From: a virus
Length of the DNA stretch: 64,000 nt
Strand: one strand, 5' to 3'
IMG/VR virus record: IMGVR_UViG_3300032272_000002
Coordinates: 105,743-169,742 of that record
The position numbers and the translations under genes were made by a program. Under the pieces are notes generated by a model. It was not told where the DNA came from and did no database searches. It saw only the letters and a program-made list of their open reading frames with translations. This document shows, one piece after another, positions 9,364 through 19,039 of this stretch (its first letter is position 1; each line of letters starts with the position of its first letter).

Positions 9364-10020
9364 TCAGACGATATTCTGGATAGCAATTCTAATACGCGAT
9401 TTCAAACTAGACTCTAAATTATAGAACTTCTTAACCGAAATATCCATTTCGTCAGCCATCTCTTTGGCCGACTTATCGCCCAAAATACGTTCACGTAAAA
9501 TCCGGCTGTCAGTGTCATTTTGCACAACGGATTCTAGGAACTGTTCGATGTATAGCGACTCCGGAATTTCTTCTGGTTCAACTTCCATAGACACAGCATG
9601 ACGGCGAGTGTACGCAAGCCTCAAATCATATACCTTGTTCTCCGTCCAGGCACGCCCAGGGTATCTTTCATTGAGGATGGCAGCAATCTCGACATCCGTC
9701 TTACCAGCCTCTACAAACTTATTAATTTTAGCTCCCATTTCTGTCACACGATGGTCAACCGTGAACACGCCTAGGAAGCGGGCGGCTTCATTATAGATGT
9801 CTTGTCTTACACAACTACAAACATAAGATTTGATATTACGTCCACAGGTGGGGTCATAGGTACGGAGTGCTCGAAGCACTGCGAGTTGCCCGACTTGGAA
9901 TAAATCATCTACACAGATCGATGGCGAAGAGGTTACGGCAGTGTATGCGACCTTGCGAATAAAGCCAGCGTAACCTTCTAGTGCCCGTAATAGTTCCTCG
10001 TCATTCAGTGTCATAGTCAT
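9364..10020 (-). CDS. phage sigma-70-family RNA polymerase sigma factor
   Basis: Region 2 DDLFQVGQLAVLRALRTYDP..G....SY; region 4 HTH SAKEMADEMDISVKK. Start estimated at 10020 or 10014. Confidence 0.85.
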   Translation of the reverse strand: MTMTLNDEELLRALEGYAGFIRKVAYTAVTSSPSICVDDLFQVGQLAVLRALRTYDPTCGRNIKSYVCSCVRQDIYNEAARFLGVFTVDHRVTEMGAKINKFVEAGKTDVEIAAILNERYPGRAWTENKVYDLRLAYTRRHAVSMEVEPEEIPESLYIEQFLESVVQNDTDSRILRERILGDKSAKEMADEMDISVKKFYNLESSLKSRIRIAIQNIV

Positions 10021-10384
10021 GGGGTCGATCCATAATCTTAATGAACCCATCTGCTGATTGGGTCACTAGAATAATCTCACGTTGTTCACTTTCGTCAACC
10101 CCTGCTTCTCTATTTATTTCATTATCTAGAGATCCCAAGACATTAATTAAGCGGCCACGTAGGCCACCCTCATCTTGACAGCGGGCAATGTAGTGAGCAA
10201 AGGAGCCTAGAGCAACTACCTTACGAAAGATGGATCGTACTTCGATGTCTTTCGATTTGCGATAGCCGATGTTGCAGGCGATAGTAAAGATAGCACGAGA
10301 TGTGCGGTCAGCGTCTTCTAGGTTATAAAACTTAGCATCGCCAGTGGCACGGCCCATGAGTTGCACACGGGCGTAATCATACAT
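10001..10384 (-). CDS. ssb: single-stranded DNA-binding protein (OB fold)
   Basis: VQLMGRATGD, FTIACN, VVALG..A and G.LINVLGSL match the SSB OB-fold pattern; next to dnaE. Confidence 0.7.
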   Translation of the reverse strand: MYDYARVQLMGRATGDAKFYNLEDADRTSRAIFTIACNIGYRKSKDIEVRSIFRKVVALGSFAHYIARCQDEGGLRGRLINVLGSLDNEINREAGVDESEQREIILVTQSADGFIKIMDRPHDYDTE

Positions 10385-10574
10385 CGGTCTTTTCTCTCCG
10401 AAACCACATCGAAGGCAATTGAATGGGCATCATGGCTTCCCAGCCATCCTCGCCACGCTTGTTCATTTTCTCTTTGATAACTTCTTCGACCTTAAATTGT
10501 TCGGTCAGCCCCATCTCTAGGGCGGCGACCTGTTCTTCGTTAAAAATTGACTCGTAATCGTATTCGTATTTCAT
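10377..10574 (-). CDS. DUF4177-like small protein
   Basis: KYEY...MNKRGEDGWE...FRR pattern. Confidence 0.6.
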   Translation of the reverse strand: MKYEYDYESIFNEEQVAALEMGLTEQFKVEEVIKEKMNKRGEDGWEAMMPIQLPSMWFRREKTDV

Positions 10575-13500
10575 GATAAACGTTCTACCTTGTCAGCGAT
10601 GTAAGACCCACGATTGTTGATCTTGCCATACACCTTTATCACATTCCCCTCTTCTAACAGAGCTTCACAACGCTTGAAAGTCTGGGGGAATACTACAATA
10701 CCATCTAAGGAATAAGTCTTGTCTCTGCCGGTCACAAAGGCCATTGGTTCGCCCTTAGTCTTGGTGAGGATGACTCGTACGCTGTCTAGACAGACTGCAA
10801 TTTCGAATGCTGTATCGGGCTCGCCACTCTTGATGAGATCCACGCACTTGTCGGGGGCACGGAACACGTCGGCCTCAGAGCCGCTCAGAGAAACTCCCAG
10901 ATAGAACTTCTCCCACACAATGTTCTGCATGGCACTATCGAACAGGTTCACCCCGTCGTGCTCCTGGAGAGCATCACGCAATTTCCTGCGTCGGGCGATA
11001 TCGGGCGGCCTCTTCAGTTCGTAGTGCTCTTTGATGGCCTCGCACTTCTTTTCATCAGAAAGACCACGCACAACCCGAATCCATTCAGAGCTAGTCAGCC
11101 CCTCTTTCTCAGCCAGTTCAAAGACTGTTACTTTTTCTTTTGGAGTGAGGAAGCTGAACAGCCTATAGCGGGCGAGCATTCTCACGCGGTGTTCCCCGAG
11201 ATCGCCAAACGCACCAGACTTAATTAAGGCATCTACTACTGTTGTGCTGACACCAGGCTTCACGTCGATACTGGCAGCCAGGAAGCCGTCAAAGTCAGTC
11301 ACGTTCTTGGCGAGCGAGATAGCTCTACGTGCTGCGGCATCTCCCACACCCTTGAGGGCTGTAAGCCCGAACGCGATATGGGTATCATCAGTAATAGCAA
11401 AGTCAATAATATCTGCTGCGGAATTACCCGGCTGTTGTACTAACGGCGGTGTCACTTCGATACCGAAGAGCTTAGCGTCGTACATCAATGCACTCATACG
11501 CTCGAATTTGTCGGGCGAGTCTTTCGCGTGGCGAAGTTTGGCACAGATGAACTCCAGTGTGTAGTTGGCCTTGAGGTAAGCGGTTTCGTAGGCAAGTAGG
11601 GCGTAGCCCACGCCGTGCGATTTGTTGAAACCGTAGCCCGCGAACTTGTCAACGTAGCCCCAGATCTTGGCCGCTGTCGATGCGGCGATGCCATTCTTGA
11701 CACAGCCATCAGAAAAGACGGCTTTCCACTTAGCCATTTCTTCGGGCTTCTTCTTGCCCATAGCCTTACGAACCTTGTCCGCATCGACGAGCGAAAGACC
11801 GGCGAGCTGCTTACAGATCTCAATAACCTGCTCTTGATACAAGAGGGCCGACTTGGTTTTGCTCATGATAGGCTTAAGAGCAGAGTGAATGTAGACCGGC
11901 TTGTCTTCTCCAAACTTCACACCTTTGTACTTGGTGTGCATATCCGACTCCATGGGGCCAGGACGAATAATGGACACAAGGTCAGATAGCTCCTCGATAC
12001 TTTCGGGTTCGATGTTCTTCGACCAGATTCTACCGAGTTGCTTTTCGATTTGAAATACACCAATAGTAAAACCCTGGCCGAGCATGGCAAATGTCGCACC
12101 GTCAGTCAGTGGCATAGTGTCACGGGAGATATCTAAGCCTCTACGCTTGTTGACCAACTTACGGGTCACGTCGATGTCGTCGAGTGTGCTGAGGCCGAGG
12201 ATGTCAAGCTTTAGTAGGTGAAGAGTGTCAACCGTATCCATATCCCAACCGAAGATTAGGGCACCATCTTTTGAGCGTGCGAGTGGATACGGACTAGATT
12301 CAAACGGAGTATCAGAGATGACAACCGCAGCGGCGTGAATACCCGTGGTCTTGTAGCAGCCCTCAAGGTCGCTAGCAATCTTGAACCATGCGGGGTACTT
12401 CTGCTCATACTTACGCAGCTCTGGCGACAGGGCCAATGCCTCTTCTAGAGTCGGATCTGTGTGATCGTCATTCTTGCCGGGCACACATGCCGTGATCTTG
12501 TTTGCCTCTTCGAAGTCCATATCATATGTACGGAACACTTCCTTGAGGACAGCCTTAGCTTTGAGACTATTGTAGTTGACAATCTGTGCAACATTACTGC
12601 GACCGAAACGATCACGAATATACTCAAGCACTTCCTGGCGACGTGATCGCGGAACGTCAGTATCAATGTCGGGCAGACCGCCACGCCCCTTGTTTAAGAA
12701 TCGTTCCCAAATCAAGCCATACTCTAGCGGATCAATATTAGTAATGCCAAGAACATAACTTACCAGACTGCCGCCAACACTACCTCGGCCATAGCCCATC
12801 AAGATGTCATTCTTATGGCAATAGTTGATAACGTCATGGACGATCAAAAAGTAATCAGCAAACCCCATGTCCTCAATATCAGCCAACTCGCGGTCAAGAC
12901 GGTCTCTGTATTCTTTTGCCACGGAGGCCGCTTCGGCAACATTGAACTTGCTAAAAAGACCACCATATGCAAGCTCACGAAGATGCCCCATAGAAGTCTT
13001 ACCGTCTGGTACAAATGCATACTTAGGAAGCCTATGCTTCTTAAGATCAATATTAACGTTACAGCGGGAAGCTACCTCAAGAGCCGCATCAAGTTCAGTG
13101 GAAAGGAGGTTTTCTGATTCTAGGAGGTCTTCGCGGCTCTTGAGGTAGTACTCTTCTTCGTCAAAGCTGGTCTTCGTTAGTCTGTTATACCTATTATTTT
13201 CCATTGAAAGCAAGGTACGATGAGACTCTGCGTCAGGAGCATTAACGTAGTGAACATTGTTGGTGGCCACAGTAGTTAGGTCATACTTAGTGGCGATAGC
13301 ACGTAGCTTATTGTTTACATCTTCCTGCACAGGATCGTCTGTGTCCTGCACCTCTAGGAAGAAGTGGTCCTTGTCAAAGATTTTAAGGAAGCGACGAATT
13401 AACGCCTCGGCACGGAACGGTGCCGCCTTGCCCATGACTTCCCCATGTTCATCGGTACGGTCAAACAAAAGAGACGGAATAATACCATCGCGAGTATTGC

Positions 13501-13906
13501 CCGTTAGCACAATCACGCCCTCGTTATACTTCTCTAATAGTTCGAAGTCAATACGTGGGTTGTAGAAGAAGTGCTCTGGATCATTCGATAGCGAGATCAG
13601 TCTAGTAATATTCTGCCAGCCAATATCATTCTCAGCCAGTAACACGATATGATTGAACTGACGTGCCTTCTGTACACGCAGCTCAGCAGCATCTTCACAG
13701 AAGAATAAAGTCGCACCAAGAATTGGCTTAACGCCCTCGTCCATCGCTGTACGATAGAAACTAATGGCGTCATAAACGTTGCCATAGTCTGTCAGAGCGA
13801 CTGCGGGTTGTCCTAGTTCTTTGGCACGTTTGACCAAAGCTTTCGTGTCAGCCGAGGCGTATAGCATCGACGCCTTCGAGTGAACGTTAAGATGTGCGAA
13901 TGTCAT
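10571..13906 (-). CDS. dnaE: DNA polymerase III alpha subunit (family C)
   Basis: PHP domain, GRGSVGGSLVSY, PDIDTD, KLDILGL, RPGP, YQEQ, FAGYGFNKSH and a C-terminal OB fold. Confidence 0.97.
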   Translation of the reverse strand: MTFAHLNVHSKASMLYASADTKALVKRAKELGQPAVALTDYGNVYDAISFYRTAMDEGVKPILGATLFFCEDAAELRVQKARQFNHIVLLAENDIGWQNITRLISLSNDPEHFFYNPRIDFELLEKYNEGVIVLTGNTRDGIIPSLLFDRTDEHGEVMGKAAPFRAEALIRRFLKIFDKDHFFLEVQDTDDPVQEDVNNKLRAIATKYDLTTVATNNVHYVNAPDAESHRTLLSMENNRYNRLTKTSFDEEEYYLKSREDLLESENLLSTELDAALEVASRCNVNIDLKKHRLPKYAFVPDGKTSMGHLRELAYGGLFSKFNVAEAASVAKEYRDRLDRELADIEDMGFADYFLIVHDVINYCHKNDILMGYGRGSVGGSLVSYVLGITNIDPLEYGLIWERFLNKGRGGLPDIDTDVPRSRRQEVLEYIRDRFGRSNVAQIVNYNSLKAKAVLKEVFRTYDMDFEEANKITACVPGKNDDHTDPTLEEALALSPELRKYEQKYPAWFKIASDLEGCYKTTGIHAAAVVISDTPFESSPYPLARSKDGALIFGWDMDTVDTLHLLKLDILGLSTLDDIDVTRKLVNKRRGLDISRDTMPLTDGATFAMLGQGFTIGVFQIEKQLGRIWSKNIEPESIEELSDLVSIIRPGPMESDMHTKYKGVKFGEDKPVYIHSALKPIMSKTKSALLYQEQVIEICKQLAGLSLVDADKVRKAMGKKKPEEMAKWKAVFSDGCVKNGIAASTAAKIWGYVDKFAGYGFNKSHGVGYALLAYETAYLKANYTLEFICAKLRHAKDSPDKFERMSALMYDAKLFGIEVTPPLVQQPGNSAADIIDFAITDDTHIAFGLTALKGVGDAAARRAISLAKNVTDFDGFLAASIDVKPGVSTTVVDALIKSGAFGDLGEHRVRMLARYRLFSFLTPKEKVTVFELAEKEGLTSSEWIRVVRGLSDEKKCEAIKEHYELKRPPDIARRRKLRDALQEHDGVNLFDSAMQNIVWEKFYLGVSLSGSEADVFRAPDKCVDLIKSGEPDTAFEIAVCLDSVRVILTKTKGEPMAFVTGRDKTYSLDGIVVFPQTFKRCEALLEEGNVIKVYGKINNRGSYIADKVERLS

Positions 13907-14532
13907 TATTCTTTTGGCTTGCCGGGAAGACGATCTTTGGAGATATTGCGTGTGCGTTGCATTTTCTTGAGACGTGCCTTGTTGCGTTTCTCGAACTCAG
14001 TAGCCTTGTATTCGCCGGGAGCATTGGCATCGCCAGTCACAGGATCGGCCACGCCATACTTACGCCAAACATCCTCTACACGAACCTTCGTTTTAAAGTT
14101 CGAGAACTCTGCATAAGATAGAGAGGCATCATCACAAGCTTTTAGTTTGCAGCCACAACGCTTCCCGTTCTCCTTAGTATGTTGACACGAGATGACCTTC
14201 TGGTCAATCAATTCCGGCAATTCGTCGATGCTGCCCTCAACATTCTCACGATCATCGTAAGAAGGCCCCCATGAAACACCTAGGCGTCGAGCAGATCTAC
14301 CAAACGTACCCACCATAGTTAAATGACCATGGCGACACTGATAAGACTTCTGATCGAAAATTTTATCCGCTTCGTTATAAACTGTCGTGAGCTGCTTATT
14401 CTCTGGACTACAGTCTGGACAAACCTTTTTGAGTTTACTACATTGCTCAATGAACTTACTAACTTTACTGGGAGGGATATTCAGTTCTACCGTATGTCCG
14501 TGATCCCAGCATCTCATAACTAATTTACTCAT
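13906..14532 (-). CDS. Cys/His-rich putative zinc-binding protein
   Basis: CWDHGH, CPDC, CRHGH and CQH...CGC motifs; start estimated at 14532 (overlap with the upstream stop). Confidence 0.7.
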   Translation of the reverse strand: MSKLVMRCWDHGHTVELNIPPSKVSKFIEQCSKLKKVCPDCSPENKQLTTVYNEADKIFDQKSYQCRHGHLTMVGTFGRSARRLGVSWGPSYDDRENVEGSIDELPELIDQKVISCQHTKENGKRCGCKLKACDDASLSYAEFSNFKTKVRVEDVWRKYGVADPVTGDANAPGEYKATEFEKRNKARLKKMQRTRNISKDRLPGKPKE

Positions 14533-15142
14533 CGTCTTCGTATGCTCCTGAGCGTTCAACCCAAAGATAATCTACAACACCGAACTCAATAGCCTGTTCG
14601 GCGGTGTAATAAATGTTACCTTCTTTTTTAGCCTGGCCTCTCCAGAAAGCAACAGTTTTGCTAGAGTGTTTTGCTAGCAGTCTATACCAACGTTCCTCGA
14701 TCTCGCGATGATGAGCGATCTCAGTTTCCAGATGCCCAAGGCGATTCGGCCCCTCGCCCTCTGCGTAGTCACTAGATTGGTGAAACATAAATGCAGTATT
14801 GGGACAAGCATAACGCTTCCCCGCCGTGCCTACTGCCACTAGAAGCGGGGCAGCACTCTGACATTTACCTACAGCTACAGTAACAATAGGACAAGTGACC
14901 GTGTTGATAACGTCATATAGACCAAACATTTCATACATCTCACCGCCATATGAGCTGATGAATAGTTCAATGGGCTTCTTATGATCGTCAGATTGGAAAT
15001 AGTAAATACCCTTAATAACGTTGGCGATATTGATTTCGTTAATTTCATTCAGGAACAGGCGGCGATTCACGCGGTCAATACCATATTCCATCATGACCTC
15101 AAGGTCATCGTGGGTCATCTTTTCTTCTGGTTCATCACTCAT
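14525..15142 (-). CDS. clpP: ClpP-family (peptidase S14) protein
   Basis: RRLFL, PIELFISSYGG, GKCQSAA (Ser), FMFHQ (His), TAEQAIEFGVVD. Confidence 0.88.
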   Translation of the reverse strand: MSDEPEEKMTHDDLEVMMEYGIDRVNRRLFLNEINEINIANVIKGIYYFQSDDHKKPIELFISSYGGEMYEMFGLYDVINTVTCPIVTVAVGKCQSAAPLLVAVGTAGKRYACPNTAFMFHQSSDYAEGEGPNRLGHLETEIAHHREIEERWYRLLAKHSSKTVAFWRGQAKKEGNIYYTAEQAIEFGVVDYLWVERSGAYEDDE

Positions 15143-16107
15143 GGGTTAGGCTTAAAGGCTTTTTGCCACTTAGATGCACAGACTCCGGTGTCACATAGCG
15201 AGCGGCATTTCCATGCCCACCGTTTCTCGAAATCACTATTGTCCTGGACAATTCGAGTGATCCAATCTGTGCTCTCGATCTCATTAATCTTATCACAAAC
15301 GTACGCCTCGGTCTCAGCGTCCTCTTCTGCCGTGAAGGCTAGGGTGATGGGACTCTTGGTAAAGTAGTCGAACGTCAATAGAACGTTCTTGTACTTATAT
15401 CCTTTGTTATTGATATCTTCGATGAATTCCTTACGGGCGGCGAGCGAGTACATCTTAATCTGAATGTCTTCTCGACACTCTTCGTATGTCTGTGTCCACT
15501 TGCCAGTCTTGTAATCATAAATCCTAATGGTGTCCTCATCCTCTTCGATGACGAGATCCATAATGCCAATCATGGGCACGTCCGTACCGACGACAGGTAG
15601 TCGATACGCATACTCAGCTCCAGCGATTCTGCCCTGGTCATCGCGTAAAATCTTATCCCAGGCGTCTGCATAATTGTCAATGACGGTTTCCAACATAGTG
15701 ATAGAACTGTCAAATAACATTCTCGCACAACCAGACAGGTTGTCAAGCGGCTCCTTGGAAATAATACAATCATTTTCACCCTTGTAGCAACACGAGTCGC
15801 ATTGGGGCTTCTGATTGTGGAATTCCTGTGGCTTAGCCCATCTAAGTGGTGACTCCATGATGGTTGGTTTGCCGTAACGATCAAACGTCTCCAGCGTGCC
15901 AGCATAGCCGCGATACAAACGATCCATCCAGTCTGGATCTGCACCGTTAGACTTAAACTCTAAGATGTCATGGAGGAGAGAACCGTGTGCCGCACCCCAG
16001 TTGGACTTAAGCTCTACCTCTGGCGAATGATATGTAAGCCAGTACTTGAACTTACACATGTCAAAGGTCTTAATGCGACTAGGTGAAATTGATTTTAATT
16101 TTAGCAT
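15139..16107 (-). CDS. PD-(D/E)XK nuclease, Cas4/AddB-like
   Basis: ISPSRI...C...Y, GSLLH..LE, GIMDLV, IYDYKTG, QIKMY and C-terminal CxxxCxxxxC. Confidence 0.88.
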   Translation of the reverse strand: MLKLKSISPSRIKTFDMCKFKYWLTYHSPEVELKSNWGAAHGSLLHDILEFKSNGADPDWMDRLYRGYAGTLETFDRYGKPTIMESPLRWAKPQEFHNQKPQCDSCCYKGENDCIISKEPLDNLSGCARMLFDSSITMLETVIDNYADAWDKILRDDQGRIAGAEYAYRLPVVGTDVPMIGIMDLVIEEDEDTIRIYDYKTGKWTQTYEECREDIQIKMYSLAARKEFIEDINNKGYKYKNVLLTFDYFTKSPITLAFTAEEDAETEAYVCDKINEIESTDWITRIVQDNSDFEKRWAWKCRSLCDTGVCASKWQKAFKPNP

Positions 16108-17165
16108 GACTGAGAAAGGGGATGAAAAGTATCCCTGATCTCTTCTCCTTCCATGTCACCTGGGTCAACCCCAAGGGGAAGCTCAACACGATGCAGTCGG
16201 AATAGATCACCAACTACTTTGTGAATTCGCTCCCAGGCGACTTCGCTTGATGTGGGTTTGTTAGGTTGTTTTCTAGGGTCATTGTCGTAAGCAACGTACA
16301 GGTCCGATACACCATGCTGAATCAGCAGGGATCGATGAGCGGGACCAAACGCAGTGCTTAGGGATGCAACCCAATTATAAATGCCATACATATCCAGCTT
16401 GAAGCCGTCAAGCGGACCTTCAACCAGAATCATGCGACCATGAGGACGCAAGAACGTCTTGGCATTATTGAGATTAAATAAGATAGAGCCCGTAAATAAC
16501 GAGTCATCTTCCTTTGGCAGTCTGTCGAAGTAACGACCATGCAGCCATTTGTTATAGTCTAAGTCACGCTCCGCAAACCACTCCGGATCCCTGACAGTTC
16601 TCCCAGTAAAGCCCACGAGAAAGTTGTCTTGGTCTCTTACTGGAATAACTACTCTATCGTGCATATAGCTACCAACGCGGTTCCAAGACCCAACATTGAA
16701 TTTGTCCAATACTTCTGGGCTGTATCCACGGTTCAATAGGTACTGTGGGTGCTTCTTCAAGAAGCGTAAACGGGTTTCATCAAGGGGCTCATGAACATGA
16801 ATGGCACCAGGCTTGCGGCGAACCGGGGACGGAAGATTGTCCACGTCAATATCGTCGCCTAAGACTTTTGCAAGCCAGCGAACAGCACTTGGAAAATCAC
16901 ACTCAAGAACACTGCGAACCAGACCAAAGATGTCGTTACCAAATTGATCTTGACAGTGGTGAGTCCAGCACATCCAATAACCAATGTCCATACGCCAGCT
17001 AAAAGCCGTGGCGTTATCACCGTCGCCACCGTGCTGCTTACACGGACATAGTGCCTGAATAAGATTGCCTCGATCATTATATGTAACGCCCAACTTGTCT
17101 AACACCAGAGTAATCTGGCGATTTGCATTGAGGCGTAACTGATCTTTATTAGTCGTCGTCGTCAT
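16101..17165 (-). CDS. dnaG: DNA primase (zinc finger + TOPRIM)
   Basis: CPCKQH...CWTHHC zinc finger, RVVIPVRD, GFTGR, VEGPLD and YDND; start estimated at 17165. Confidence 0.92.
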   Translation of the reverse strand: MTTTTNKDQLRLNANRQITLVLDKLGVTYNDRGNLIQALCPCKQHGGDGDNATAFSWRMDIGYWMCWTHHCQDQFGNDIFGLVRSVLECDFPSAVRWLAKVLGDDIDVDNLPSPVRRKPGAIHVHEPLDETRLRFLKKHPQYLLNRGYSPEVLDKFNVGSWNRVGSYMHDRVVIPVRDQDNFLVGFTGRTVRDPEWFAERDLDYNKWLHGRYFDRLPKEDDSLFTGSILFNLNNAKTFLRPHGRMILVEGPLDGFKLDMYGIYNWVASLSTAFGPAHRSLLIQHGVSDLYVAYDNDPRKQPNKPTSSEVAWERIHKVVGDLFRLHRVELPLGVDPGDMEGEEIRDTFHPLSQSC

Positions 17166-18630
17166 TCTTTTTATACTTTGCTTTACGCTGTTGTTCTTGG
17201 CGACGATTACGCTCTTCATCAAAGTCTACCGCACCAATACCTAGTTCAGTAAACTTACCGCACGATAGGTCGGCGTTGAAGTTGATGTATCCATTCGTAG
17301 TGCCCTTGCCATATCGAGCAGCAAATACATTCACGAGGTGTGTGCCATTGGCATCCATGGAACGCTCCTCTTCACTCTTGCACTTTAGATATGTGATAGA
17401 GGTAACGTTCTCGCTGATTCTCTTGCCCCCAGCAACACAACCGATGCCGCTATCGATCTGCTGGTTGGTTTGTCCGAATGCGATGATGGGGATGTTATAC
17501 TTGGTAGCAAGGTCGTGCAACGCCGCCACGTTCAGGCCGTGGGCCTGCCATTCAGCCACGCCACCCTTGATCTCATCTCTACTTGCCAGCTTCAGATAAT
17601 CATAAACAACTAAGCACTGAGGCATCTTGCTGTTGCGATCAGGCTTAACTCTCGTAAGAAGCCAGCGACGGACGTGAGGGATAACCTCTTGAACCGACAT
17701 GCCAGAGATAGACACGTACTCGATAGGTAGATTTTCTACTACCTGCCAAAAGTGATCGTCCCTCATGCGATTACTATAAAGAGTAATTCGATCCAGTTCA
17801 TCTTGATCTGTGATCCCCTCTTTGCGTAGCTGGTCATTGGTCATCTTCCAATAGCCAGTTTCAATGATATCATAAGGAACTTCGGCAAGCTGTGCTACGG
17901 CTCGAATCATTTGATCCTGCTTATTCAGCTCGCTATCTAGAATGAGCACGGGTAGGTTGAGCTTATGTGCGGCGATCAAGCCAGCCCTCAGGCCGAACTG
18001 ACTCTTGCCAGACTTGGTAGTACCCACGAAGAAGGAGACAGAGCCATTACGGAATTGACCAATGCGACTCTGTAATACAGGGAAGCCCAGGTCCAATCCA
18101 ACGTGTCCAGGGTCATCAGCAATTGACTCCACCTTAGCACGGGCATCCTCCAGCAAGTACTTGATAGAGTGCTCACCCTTGTCGAGCATACTGACGCGAC
18201 CAACAACAAGGTCTTCTACCTTGCCAATCATCTTCGATAGCGGATCAGATGTGTTTCTAAGATATTGTCTTACATCTTCTGTAGCCTGGATGTAGTCAGA
18301 CATGAGCGACTGGCGTTTGACTTCAATGAAGTGTTCTGCAAGCTCGTGCTCGTTGACTTGTTCCTGGAAAAGCTCATCTAGCCAATCACCGTTACGTACT
18401 TGGGCAAGGTAGTTAGGATAGCCTAGGCTCTTGGCGGAAGACACCAGCTTAGCTTTACTGATATTCTGAGCACCCTGGTTAATCATCAAATGATGAAGTG
18501 CCAACCATGTCATCTGAGCACCGTCAGACGAAAAGTGATCCTCATCTAAATACTGACAGTATTCAAAAAAGGAATCGGGATGTCGCAACATCCCTGCCAG
18601 CAGAAGTTTTTCAGCAGCATTATTCGACAT
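17149..18630 (-). CDS. dnaB: replicative DNA helicase
   Basis: AEKLLLAGML N-terminus, Walker A GTTKSGKS, DSEL, Walker B VVYDYL, PIIAFGQTN and ARYG. Confidence 0.92.
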   Translation of the reverse strand: MSNNAAEKLLLAGMLRHPDSFFEYCQYLDEDHFSSDGAQMTWLALHHLMINQGAQNISKAKLVSSAKSLGYPNYLAQVRNGDWLDELFQEQVNEHELAEHFIEVKRQSLMSDYIQATEDVRQYLRNTSDPLSKMIGKVEDLVVGRVSMLDKGEHSIKYLLEDARAKVESIADDPGHVGLDLGFPVLQSRIGQFRNGSVSFFVGTTKSGKSQFGLRAGLIAAHKLNLPVLILDSELNKQDQMIRAVAQLAEVPYDIIETGYWKMTNDQLRKEGITDQDELDRITLYSNRMRDDHFWQVVENLPIEYVSISGMSVQEVIPHVRRWLLTRVKPDRNSKMPQCLVVYDYLKLASRDEIKGGVAEWQAHGLNVAALHDLATKYNIPIIAFGQTNQQIDSGIGCVAGGKRISENVTSITYLKCKSEEERSMDANGTHLVNVFAARYGKGTTNGYINFNADLSCGKFTELGIGAVDFDEERNRRQEQQRKAKYKKNDDDD

Positions 18631-19039
18631 CGCGAGTCTCCTGAATAAGCTCCATAAGTTCAGTCGATGATAAGTTACTGTCTCGTACTTCGATTAATGT
18701 AATGTCGTTCAATTCGCACCATTCGCGTTTTTTGCTGTCTCGAATAAGTTGACGCTCAAAGCCGTCTTTGTCGCCATGAAAATGTTCAACGTACTTGTCG
18801 TGCTGTATGCCCTGAAACTCAAAAGCTAATCCATGCTGTGGCATATAAAAGTCTAAAGACAACCTGCTATCTGGGATGGGAAATTCTTCCAAGAGGGTTG
18901 CGGGGCCATACAGTTGTTTGATTTGTCTACCAAGATTGAACTGACCAAACGACCTAGACTTGTCTCTAGATCTCACAGGATACCGTGAAGGCACAATATC
19001 CATACGCACCTCGCGGTTACTCAGGGTCAGAAATTTCAT
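18620..19039 (-). CDS. DUF559/Vsr-like endonuclease-fold protein
   Basis: LDFYMP..LAFEFQGIQH...RD..K..WC..N.I.LIEV. Confidence 0.75.
   Translation of the reverse strand: MKFLTLSNREVRMDIVPSRYPVRSRDKSRSFGQFNLGRQIKQLYGPATLLEEFPIPDSRLSLDFYMPQHGLAFEFQGIQHDKYVEHFHGDKDGFERQLIRDSKKREWCELNDITLIEVRDSNLSSTELMELIQETRDVE

Noticed and set aside
10571-13906. Intein or intron in dnaE (also considered for terL, dnaB and recA)
   Set aside because: Lengths are ordinary, and no C...HN splice junctions or homing-endonuclease motifs were seen.
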